Below are positions 17,642 to 26,139 of a DNA stretch of 64,000 nucleotides, piece after piece; the stretch's first letter is position 1; each line of letters starts with the position of its first letter. The notes under the pieces were generated by a model that searched no databases, had not been told where the DNA came from, and saw only the letters and a list, made by a program, of their open reading frames with translations. A program made the position numbers and the translations under genes. The DNA comes from an uncultured delta proteobacterium (GTDB lineage: Bacteria > Myxococcota > UBA727 > VGSZ01): assembly GCA_963775425.1 (NCBI GenBank), contig CAVZJB010000013.1:128001-192000 (forward strand), in the 5' to 3' direction.

Positions 17642-18451
17642 TCACAGGCCAAACACGCGGCGCGCGTTTTCGCCGAGGAAGAGCGCGCGCGCGTCGTCGT
17701 CGAGGCCGAGGTCGTCGATGCCGGCGAGGCAATCGAGCGGCGTGAGCATGGGGAAGTTGCTGCCGAAGAGCACCTTCTTCCTCCCGTGGGCCTTCATGTA
17801 CTCGCGCAATTGCGGTGGGTATCGTTTGGCCTTGTACGCCGACGTGTCGATGTAGACGTTGTCGTATTTGGTGGCGAGCGCGATCATCTCGTCGGTCCAC
17901 GGATACCCGATGTGTCCACCGACGATGACGAGCTCGGGAAAGTCGAGCGCCACCTCGTCGAGGTAGGGGATGGGGCGCCCCGGCTCGGACGGCATGAGCG
18001 GACCGGCGTGCCCGACCTGCAGACAGAACGGGATGCCGAGCTCGATGCACTCGGCGTACAGCGGGTAATAGCGACAATCATTCGGCGGCAGGCTCCACAG
18101 CCACGGGAGCAGGCGCAGCGCGCGCATCCCGAGCTGCTTCACGGCGCGACGCAGCTCGCGCACCGCGTCCATGGGGCGGGCGAGGTCCACGGCGGCGACG
18201 CCGACGAGGACGTCGGGGCGCTCTTTCACCCACGCGGCGACCTCGTCGTTCGTGATGAGCGCGCCTTGGGGCCCGTGCCACGCGCACACGAGGGCGCGAT
18301 CGATGTTGGCCGCCTGCAAGGCCGCCAGTGTGAGCTCGAGCGGGATCTCGTCGGGGACCTCCGTGATCCCCATCCACCGGCGAATCGCCGCGAACATCGG
18401 GTGGCGCACGAACGCGGGCGACGGGTGTTGCATCCAGGCGTCGACGATCAC
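17642..18451 (-). CDS. Amidohydrolase family protein (Amidohydro_2)
   Basis: IVDAWMQHP, GGHIGYPW, NVYIDTSAY, VLFGSNFP, GENARRVF. Confidence 0.9.
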   Translation of the reverse strand: MIVDAWMQHPSPAFVRHPMFAAIRRWMGITEVPDEIPLELTLAALQAANIDRALVCAWHGPQGALITNDEVAAWVKERPDVLVGVAAVDLARPMDAVRELRRAVKQLGMRALRLLPWLWSLPPNDCRYYPLYAECIELGIPFCLQVGHAGPLMPSEPGRPIPYLDEVALDFPELVIVGGHIGYPWTDEMIALATKYDNVYIDTSAYKAKRYPPQLREYMKAHGRKKVLFGSNFPMLTPLDCLAGIDDLGLDDDARALFLGENARRVFGL

Positions 18452-18483
18452 GGGTAGATCCTACCGCCCCGCCTGCGGGCGAT

Positions 18484-19443
18484 ATGCCATCGGCGACGAG
18501 GCAGGACGTTCGCTCCGCTTCACATCTTCGTCCGGCGTCACAGGGACGCGGGGATCCGCCCGGGGGGTTACACCGAAGGCGCGCGTCGCCCGTTTCCATC
18601 GGGATGCCGAGCCGAGCCGATGTCGCACCCGCCGCCACCTCCGTCGCTCCGTTCGCCCGTCGCACCTCCACGCACACGACGCTCAAGCGCCTGCGCGCCG
18701 CCCAGCGCGTCGCCTGCGCCGGGCTCGTCGCCGCGACCGCCGCCGCGTGGGTGAACCTGCTCGACCTGCGCGCGTTCCCGTCGGGGATCGCGATCCCCGC
18801 TGTGGTGGCGCTCACGGCCGCGGCGGTCTTCGCGCGCAAGCCGTGGCTCTCGGTGCTGCCGCGCGCGGCGCTGTGGGCGAGCCTCTTTTGCGGCGGCTCG
18901 GGCGCGCTCGTCGCCACGACCTCCCGCGAGGAGCACACGGCCCTCGTGCTCCTCGCCGTCGCCGCCGTCGCCGGCCTCGTGTCGCTCGGCCGCTTCGCGC
19001 GGTCGATCGGCGGCATGCGTCCGCTGCTCCTCGCGCTCGTCGTCATCTCCGTCGCCGACGCCGCGACCACCGGGCTGCTCGCGACCTTCGTGGTGATCGG
19101 CGACTCGGCTTCGAAGCTCCACACGGAGATGGGCCCGCTCCTCGCCGTCGGCGGCGCGTGTCTCGCCAACGTCACGGGGCTCTTCTTCATCCTGAGGAAC
19201 CGCCGCTTCGCGCCCCACCTCATCGGCAACGGCCTCGTCGCGATCTTGAACGCCTTCGACGTCGCGCACCTGCACCCGGTGCACTGGCTCCTCGCGGGCC
19301 CCGCCGCTTTGCAGGTGCTCCTCGCGCTCGCCCAACGCCTGCCGCGCATGTCGAGCGCCGCGCGGCGAAACGGGGAGCGCGTCCTGCGCGGCGCGCTCGT
19401 CGCCGCCGCCGTCGTCGTCGCGACCAGCGCGCTGTGGCGTTGA
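18484..19443 (+). CDS. Hypothetical multi-pass membrane protein (start may be 18604)
   Basis: Several hydrophobic helices, GC3-biased frame. Confidence 0.55.
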   Translation: MPSATRQDVRSASHLRPASQGRGDPPGGLHRRRASPVSIGMPSRADVAPAATSVAPFARRTSTHTTLKRLRAAQRVACAGLVAATAAAWVNLLDLRAFPSGIAIPAVVALTAAAVFARKPWLSVLPRAALWASLFCGGSGALVATTSREEHTALVLLAVAAVAGLVSLGRFARSIGGMRPLLLALVVISVADAATTGLLATFVVIGDSASKLHTEMGPLLAVGGACLANVTGLFFILRNRRFAPHLIGNGLVAILNAFDVAHLHPVHWLLAGPAALQVLLALAQRLPRMSSAARRNGERVLRGALVAAAVVVATSALWR

Positions 19444-19476
19444 ACCGCCGCGCCACGATGAGGGAGCGCGGCGACG

Positions 19477-20025
19477 TCAGTGCGCGTCGTCGACGTCGAT
19501 CCAATACCGGCAGGTCTCCCGCTGCACCTCGACGGGGAAGATGATGTCGCCGAGGACGCCGCCGTTTCTCTCGATGCTCTTTCGCGAGCCCGTGTTGGAC
19601 GGCGCGCACGTCACGAGGATCCGCCCGATCGCGCGAGCGCGGTCGGTGGCGAGGAGGAGCCGGAGCATCGCGGTGGCGACGCCCTGCCGGCGAAACGACG
19701 GCCGCACCTCGTAGCCGACGTGCCCGCCGAAGCGCGCGAGCTGGTCGTTGAGCCGGTGTCGAAGGGCGATGACCCCGACCACGGTGTCGTCGACGACGCC
19801 CCAGTGCACGGACTCCGGGACGGCCGGCGGCGCGGGCGCCGTCTCCTTTTGCAGGAGCTTGGCGACGAACGCCTCGGGCGCTTCGTCCGCGTGGGGAAGC
19901 CGGCTCGGCCAGATCGTCTCGCCGGCGACGCGCATCTCTTCGATGAGCTCGAGGTACGACGAGAAGAGCGCGACGGATGGACGAGCGAGCGCGACGTCGG
20001 GGGAGATGATGCCGCCCACGAGCAC
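19477..20025 (-). CDS. GNAT-family N-acetyltransferase
   Basis: LRHRLN, GGHVGYEVRPSFRRQGVAT, NTGSRKSIERNGG. Confidence 0.9.
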   Translation of the reverse strand: MLVGGIISPDVALARPSVALFSSYLELIEEMRVAGETIWPSRLPHADEAPEAFVAKLLQKETAPAPPAVPESVHWGVVDDTVVGVIALRHRLNDQLARFGGHVGYEVRPSFRRQGVATAMLRLLLATDRARAIGRILVTCAPSNTGSRKSIERNGGVLGDIIFPVEVQRETCRYWIDVDDAH

Positions 20026-20083
20026 GAGGCTACCCTTGCTGGTCGCTTCGGCGATGCCTTGGACACCGATCTCCGCCGCGAAC

Positions 20084-20315
20084 GGGCGAGCGGGGAGCGG
20101 TCACGTGTACGGCGAGCGCGTGCGGCTCACGTGCGCGGTCCCGGCCAGGGGACCGCGACCGCTGCCGCGACCGCGAGTCGCACGCGCTGCCGGAGAACCC
20201 GCGTGATGGGCGAGCGGGGAGCGGTCACGTGTACGGCGAGCGCGTGCGGCTCACGTGCGCGGTCACGGCCAGGAGACCGCGACCGCTGCCGTGACCGCGA
20301 GTCGCACGCGCTGCC
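20084..20315. repeat. Two 108-nt direct repeats (period 124 nt)
   Basis: 20084-20191 and 20208-20315 differ at 3 positions. Confidence 0.9.
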
Positions 20316-20559
20316 CGTCCACGCCCGCTGTCCGCTCCTGAGCCGGGCTCGTGGCTGACCGGCTCTGCTCTTCGCCGCGCACCTTCCGCGCCAGCGCCCA
20401 AGGGCGATCGACGCGGGCCGAAGATTCGATCCCCTCAGCGACGGAGGTGAAGATCGCCGTCGAGCGATGGAAGCCTGCCGTGAAGCCGTCGACGGAGGAG
20501 GAGCGACTCCTCGCCAGACCTCGGCGACGCCGCCGCGCGCTCCATCGTCTCCGAGCGCG

Positions 20560-20964
20560 TGCGCTCGTCGGGCGAGCGCGCGCTCGTCGTCACCGAGGGC
20601 GTGCTGCTCTATCTCGACGACGCCGACCTCGACGCCCTCGCCCGTGAGCTCGTCGGCTGGGCGCCGTCGGTGTGGTGGCTCCTCGAGCTCGCGTCGCCGG
20701 AGCAGCTCGCGCGGCAGCGGCGCGCCTGGAGCCGTTCGCTCGACGCGGCCGGGGCGGAGATGCGCTTCGCGCCCGGCGACGGCGTCGCCTTCTTCGAGCG
20801 CCGCCGGTGGCGTGTTCGGGAAGAGCGCCCGTTGCTCGCGGCGGCTGCGGCGGGAGATGCCGCGCGCGTGGCTCGCGCGCCTCGCCGCGCGCGTGAGCCC
20901 GCGTGCGGCCGAAGAGATGCGGCGCGCGCTACTCCTTCTTCTCCTCGAGGCGACGCGCGAGTGA
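20560..20964 (+). pseudogene. C-terminal remnant of an LCM-type SAM-dependent methyltransferase
   Basis: RALVVTEGVLLYLD..MRFAPGDGVAFFERRRW; no intact N-terminus; frameshift near 20850. Confidence 0.6.
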
Positions 20965-21469
20965 CTCGCCCGGCTCGCGGTCGCGGTCGACGAGGGGGAG
21001 AGGCGGATCGTCGATGCCCTCGTCGCCCGCTGCGTCGTCGGCGCGGCGGCCGGCGGTCCAGATGTCGGGGTGGTCGCCGGCGCGTTCGAAATCCTCGGCC
21101 GGCCGGCTCCGCTTCTGGCGCGCGCGTTCAGGCATTCGCATGGCGCGTCCCTCCTCCTCGGACATGTGCATGCTTCACGCCACGCCCACGCACGAGCGAG
21201 GCGGCGGTGCAGGCGACGCGGGTGCCGCCGGCGGCGGTGCCGCGCTTCGCGCGCCCGTCGCACAACGCCGGCGTACGGGACGGCGAAGACGCTCCCCGCG
21301 GCGAGCGAGACCGCGATGCCTTCTGGGGCGTCGCCCGCGCCACCGCGCGTGATCCCGCGTTGCAGGGTGAACAGTGCGTCGTGGCGCAGGCGCCCGGGCG
21401 AGGCGGCGATGCGCCGCAGCCTGCGGCGGGCGCGCGCCGACTGCCGGGATCGTCGAGGACGTATGCACC

Positions 21470-21590
21470 GCGAGCCCGAGCTACGCACCGATGCCCCTGG
21501 CGTCCTCGAGGCGCTTCACGTCCTCCAGCGGTGAGCGCGAACGCGAGCGCGGTCACGGGGCCCACGCCCTTCACACGGAGCAAGCGGGCC
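21470..21590 (-). mobile_element. IS110-family transposase remnant
   Basis: LLRVKGVGPVTALAFALT, then after a frameshift LEDVKRLEDARGIGA*LGL (cf. GVGP..DPxRF..VGAYLGL). Confidence 0.7.
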
Positions 21591-21593
21591 GTC

Positions 21594-22225
21594 TCACGGA
21601 ACTGCCATCAGCTCGACGTCGAGCAGGTGGAAGAGGTTGTTGAACCTCTCGCTTCGGTGCGCTCGAGCTCTTCGTGCGACGCGGAGGCGGGTTTGCGCCG
21701 TGAGCCCGCCGCTGGGTGGGTGCGGACGGTGCCCTCCTCGAGCGCCGCGCTGGCGTCGCGTCCTTCGCTCCGACGGCGTTACCCCGTCCTCATCGGGACT
21801 ACGACGCGATCCGACCTCGCCGTCGCCGTCTGCCTCTCTCGTCTCTTCGACTCGTCGGGCATACTCGTCACCTCGCGGCGAAAAGAGCGGCGGGGATCTC
21901 CCAGGTTGCCGCAGCAGCATCATGTGAAGCGCGATCGGGTCTTCGACCCCGGGTGCCGTCGACGCGCTCGCCATGACGCTCGTCGACGTGTTGCCTTCGG
22001 TGTGGTCGACCACCTCGGCGCAATCCACCAGGAACAATCTTTCGGGGCTCCATCCCATTCATGGCCGAGCAGCCAGCTCGGTCCATTCGACCTCGCTCCC
22101 TTTCTGTCTACGCTTCAACGCCGCCGTTGCCGTCGACGCTGCAAGACTCGCTACGAGACGGTTGGCTATTCCTTACCTTGGCGGGATCCACCCCCGCTTG
22201 TTGCTGCGACCTTGCCTGGTCGATC
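21594..22225 (-). mobile_element. 5' fragment of a group II intron (domains I-III and first residues of RT ORF)
   Basis: Minus strand: GGTAAGG..TAGCC..CGAGTCTTGC..GGCAAC..GAAGCGTAGACAG..GAGCCCCGAAA..GAAGGCAACA..AACCTGGGAGATC..GTCGGA..GTAGTCCCGATGA..GGTAACGCC..GGAGCGAAGG; then RARAHRSERFNNLFHLLDVEL. Confidence 0.75.
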
Positions 22226-22288
22226 CGTCCGTGGTTTGTTGGTGGCCGCACGCCGCTACGTCCCGCCGCTGGTGCGTGGCCGAGTGAC

Positions 22289-23050
22289 TCACAGGCGGTG
22301 CCCAACCAGCTTCAGGGTCCGAAGGGCGCCCCCTGGCGTCACATAGATCTTCTCTTCGAATTGCCCCCAAGTCGCACCTTCGCTAACCCACCCGACAACT
22401 GCCGGTCTCCGTCTCGTGGTCAGGTGCGGCCAACCGGTGATCAGGCTGATAACCGGAGCTCCGCTGATGCCGCCGAGCTCGTCACTCGTGCGTTGGGCCT
22501 CAGTGCTGCCCTCCATCTCGTGCGTCGCTGGATTGAGTCTGATCGAGAACTGGTCGGGCTCAACGGTCGTGACTGTTGCAAGACGCTCCGCCCGAGTAAG
22601 CGACAGCTGACGATTGCCAACGATCACTTTCCCGGCCCCCGGAAAACCGAGAAACGCAACGAGTTCGAAGCGCCTCACTGGTTTCGCGACTACCTCGTCA
22701 GTCGAGATGATCTGTGATCCGACGCCCTCGACTTCGTCGCGGTGAATCGCAATGGCGCCGACGTCGGGCTTTTCGCTGAATGAACACGGCCGCGAGTCGT
22801 TTCCCCGGATGATGACGTTTGGAGTCCGCCCTACCTGCAGCGCGGCATTCTTACCGCGGCTCCGAAACTCCGCGAGCACGTGCCCCGCAGTCACGAGCCA
22901 TGCGCTCCCGTCGATGTCAATCAGCGACCCGGTAGCCATTTGAGGTTCCACGCCTGCCGCTGTGATGAGGAGAAGCGGGATCGCCCTAACGTCTAGGTAC
23001 TCAAATGCCCTTGCTTCGGTCTTCTTGTAGTCGGCTAGCGAGAAGGACAT
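22289..23050 (-). CDS. Trypsin-like serine protease, cytoplasmic, lower GC
   Basis: ATGSLI, LVTAGHV, PDVGAI, GFPG, GGISGAPV (His-Asp-Ser triad). Confidence 0.7.
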   Translation of the reverse strand: MSFSLADYKKTEARAFEYLDVRAIPLLLITAAGVEPQMATGSLIDIDGSAWLVTAGHVLAEFRSRGKNAALQVGRTPNVIIRGNDSRPCSFSEKPDVGAIAIHRDEVEGVGSQIISTDEVVAKPVRRFELVAFLGFPGAGKVIVGNRQLSLTRAERLATVTTVEPDQFSIRLNPATHEMEGSTEAQRTSDELGGISGAPVISLITGWPHLTTRRRPAVVGWVSEGATWGQFEEKIYVTPGGALRTLKLVGHRL

Positions 23051-23221
23051 CGTCGCAGCATTCCGCTCATCGAGGCCACCAACGTTGGGAGTGGCCGACA
23101 GCCGCGCCACGCACCTCCATTTTGGCGCTGCGTCACGACGGAGCGCAAGGGTGTGGATCTGACCCTGAGCATCGGCTGACCGATCGATGGCGGGGCGCGA
23201 TCGCGTGAGCGACACAGTGCC

Positions 23222-24005
23222 ATGGCGAAGATCACCCTCGATGTCCCAGACGACGTGGCGGAAGAACTGAAGGCGCTGGAGGCGCGGTTGAAGCGGCTTG
23301 AGGCTGACAAGATCGGCATCGAGGACGCGATCCCCGAAGACGACATCGACGTGGTCACGAAGGGCATCGCGCTCTCCTTGAAGCGGAGGTCGCTTCAATG
23401 CCTCGACATCGACGCCGAGAGAATCCTCGTCGACGGAGAGCCCCACGCCAAGGTCGGCCGGTACGCGGCGACGTACTCTACACGCGGGAAGGGCCGGTCG
23501 CGGTGACGCGGAGCCTGTTCGGCAAGTGCGGCGTACGGAACGGCGCCACCGTTGACACCGTGAGTCTTCGATGTGGCGCGGTCGACGGATGGCTGCCGAA
23601 GACGGCAAGGGCGTTGGCGTTCCTCATGCAGCAGGGGACGTCGCGGGAAGCTGAAGCCTCGTCGCGCGAGCTCGGCGTGTTGCCGTACTCCCGCAGCAGC
23701 TTCGAGCGTGTGGGCCACGACGTCGGACGCCGATACAGCGACGTGCGCTACGACGTCGAGGACGCGCTGATCCGCGGCTACGTCGTGCCGCGTGAGGCTC
23801 GGAGCATCTCCGTCTCGCTCGACCGCGTCGCCGTGCCCTTCGAAGAGCTTCGCACGCGCAGCCCCGGGCGACCGCCGAAGGGTGCGCCGAAGCGGCCGAT
23901 CAATCGCGTGCGGCACATGGTCTACGTCGCCACGGTCACCATTCACGACGGCGACGGCGAAGCGCTCCACACGATCCGCTACGGCCGTGTCCCCGACTAC
24001 GGGAG
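23222..24005 (+). mobile_element. ISKra4-like transposase remnant (frameshift near 23478, C-terminus missing)
   Basis: LDIDAERILVDG, YTREGPVAVTRSL, YSRSSFERV, SISVSLDRVAVP, ATVTIHDGDGEALHTIRYGRVP. Confidence 0.65.
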
Positions 24006-24174
24006 CCAACGTAGACCATGTGTGGCACCCGCGCCGCACGCCATTGATGATGCCACCGAGCCGAGTGACCCGGAGCCGCACCGCCGAAGGCGGATGCGGC
24101 GGAGTGCCCTGCGCACATGGTTTGTTCGGCGGCGCGGCCCACGAGAGCCGCCGGTGCCATCGCGGTCGCGTCGA

Positions 24175-24566
24175 TCACCTGAGAAGTCCCGCGTCGATGA
24201 CTGCGTCTTTGAACGTCCGGATGAAATCGCTCAGCTCACGGATATCGAACTTCGCCCAATGCACGTCGCCACCGTCGGCCTGTAACGTTGCGGACGCCCA
24301 GGTGAAGACGATGCTTACAGTATCTCGCTGAGTGAGATCGGTAAGTGCTGCGTGACGGCGACTGCCGTCGACTCGCGGGTTGCGAGCGTCTGCAGCTCAT
24401 CGACGACACGGAGCACCTCGGATGGAGCAAGAGCCACGAGCTCGGTATCGACGGGATCCCTACTTATGGTGATTGCGTAGAGATCGTCGTCGGAGTCGAG
24501 GACGTCGTCGAGTTCGACCTCCCAGGGTCCACTTCTGCCGACACCGGCAAGGCCCCGCTCAGTCAT
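24175..24566 (-). pseudogene. Small lower-GC hypothetical protein, probably frameshifted near 24330
   Basis: MTERGLAGVGRSGPWEVELD.. appears to continue in another frame as RDTVSIVFTW..DAGLLR*. Confidence 0.35.
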
Positions 24567-24828
24567 ACGTTCGAACCCCGCAATACGTCGCCGCCGAACG
24601 TTGCGCACGTGCGGCACCCGCGCCGCACGACGTTTCTACTGCCGCTGCCCCATGCGAGCAACGATGACGTCAAGGCGCGGGTGACCCCGCTGGCAAGTGA
24701 GTAGCTCGCGACGCCGAAGGCGGTCGTCGAGCGTAGTTGCGGTGGCGTGCACCGCCAGGTGCACGTCTCTCTCCGGGCCAGCGGGGCTTTGCGCACGTGC
24801 GTTGTTCGCTGACCGGGTGACGGCAATG

Positions 24829-25530
24829 CTACGGGATGAAGAGCTTGCCGCCTGAGTCAGAATTGATGAGGCCAAGAACGCATTTTCGGGCGCGGGGATG
24901 GGACTTGGCGAACGATTCAGATTGATCGGCCTTATGTGCGTCCTCGCTGCAGTAGAGCGTCGCTTCACTCAACCCCTCCGCGGCCATCGCCTTGCGAAGC
25001 AAAGCCTCTCGTTGGGCGTTTGGGGTCTTCGCGTTGAACGACTTCACGAGGATCGCGCCGCTCTTTCCGCCCGTCAGCAGCTTCACAGTTTCGAGGACTG
25101 TGTACGACGGAAGCCCGTCGCCGGCCGCAACGGCCTTTTGGGTTTCGTCGATCGCGCCGGGCGGCTTGTAGCCGGGCTTCTCCCATAGTTTCGTTTTCGG
25201 TGTATTGCCTACCGCAGGACGCCAAGCGGTGACCACGTCGTCACCCTGCACGTAGAAATCGACCGCGCCGGACTTCGTTTCAACGATCTGATGCTGGCCG
25301 CCGAACCATGCCGCTGGCTGCTGAGGCTTCTCGGCTACGCCGAACTCGGCTTTCTCGAGCACGAACTTCTGAATCGGGGGAAGGACGGACGTGGCGTCCG
25401 CCGGCGGCGGAGGCGCAGCCTCTGCCGCACGCGCCTTCGTCGCTTCCGCCTGCGATGGTTGCTCGTCATCGGAGCAAGCCACACAAGTCGACATGACGAC
25501 GAGCGCTGCGAGAGCGCGGCTCTGATTCAT
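24829..25530 (-). CDS. Hypothetical lipoprotein, lower GC
   Basis: MNQSRALAALVVMSTCVAC lipobox-like signal; open frame of 233 aa. Confidence 0.65.
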   Translation of the reverse strand: MNQSRALAALVVMSTCVACSDDEQPSQAEATKARAAEAAPPPPADATSVLPPIQKFVLEKAEFGVAEKPQQPAAWFGGQHQIVETKSGAVDFYVQGDDVVTAWRPAVGNTPKTKLWEKPGYKPPGAIDETQKAVAAGDGLPSYTVLETVKLLTGGKSGAILVKSFNAKTPNAQREALLRKAMAAEGLSEATLYCSEDAHKADQSESFAKSHPRARKCVLGLINSDSGGKLFIP

Positions 25531-25974
25531 CAATGGGAGGCGACGTCCTTCTCCGCGGAGCTTCAGCACTCTTCCTCCAGATTGGCAGCTTCTGTCAGCG
25601 AACCTGATTCTCGCCGACGTTCATGTCGGTGAGTCGAACGGATTCTATCAGGTCATGGCGATCTCTCGGCTACCGGCGTGGTCTGGTGGTCGAGCTTCAT
25701 CGACGTCGACGAGGGTGATCGTGGACGGGAGGCATTTCGCGTCGCTGAAGGTTTGGCGACGCGCGTCGACGGCGGATGTCACGTGGGGGAGCGCGCGCCG
25801 CAGGCCGGCGGTGGAGGCTCCCGGAGGCGCCACCGCCGAGCGCCCCCGAGGGTGCTCGCTCCGTGAGTCCCGGCGGCGCCGGGGTGGCGCGGAGGGAGCC
25901 GGAGCCGCTGGCCAAGGCGTGCGCGGACAGTGGAGCGGAGGGCGACGACGAGGCCGTGGGTGTTTCGTGGAGGA

Positions 25975-26119
25975 GCGCCGCCGGCCGGGACGGCGGCGAG
26001 CGGCTCACCCCGAAGGGGCCCTTCCGCAGGCGCCCTCGCGGCGGTGCTCGAAGTGAGGCGGGGAGCGCCGAGGACCGGGCCCCGAGGGGTGAGCCGTTCG
26101 CCGCCGGACCAGGCGGCGC
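25975..26119. repeat. Long inverted repeat/hairpin element
   Basis: GGCGGCGAGCGGCTCACCCC (25992-26011) pairs with 26086-26105 (1 mismatch); outer GCGCCGCC/GGCGGCGC. Confidence 0.7.
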
Positions 26120-26139
26120 GGTCCATCCCATGCGGGAAA

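Noticed and set aside
20084-20315. Possible mini-CRISPR or attL/attR pair
   Set aside because: Unit of 108 nt is too long for CRISPR, copies are adjacent, and no integrase or tRNA is present
21594-22225. Retron or DGR
   Set aside because: No RT catalytic core; RNA motifs match group II intron domains
25650-25790. Possible nuclease or transposase fragment
   Set aside because: Too short and degenerate; no diagnostic motif
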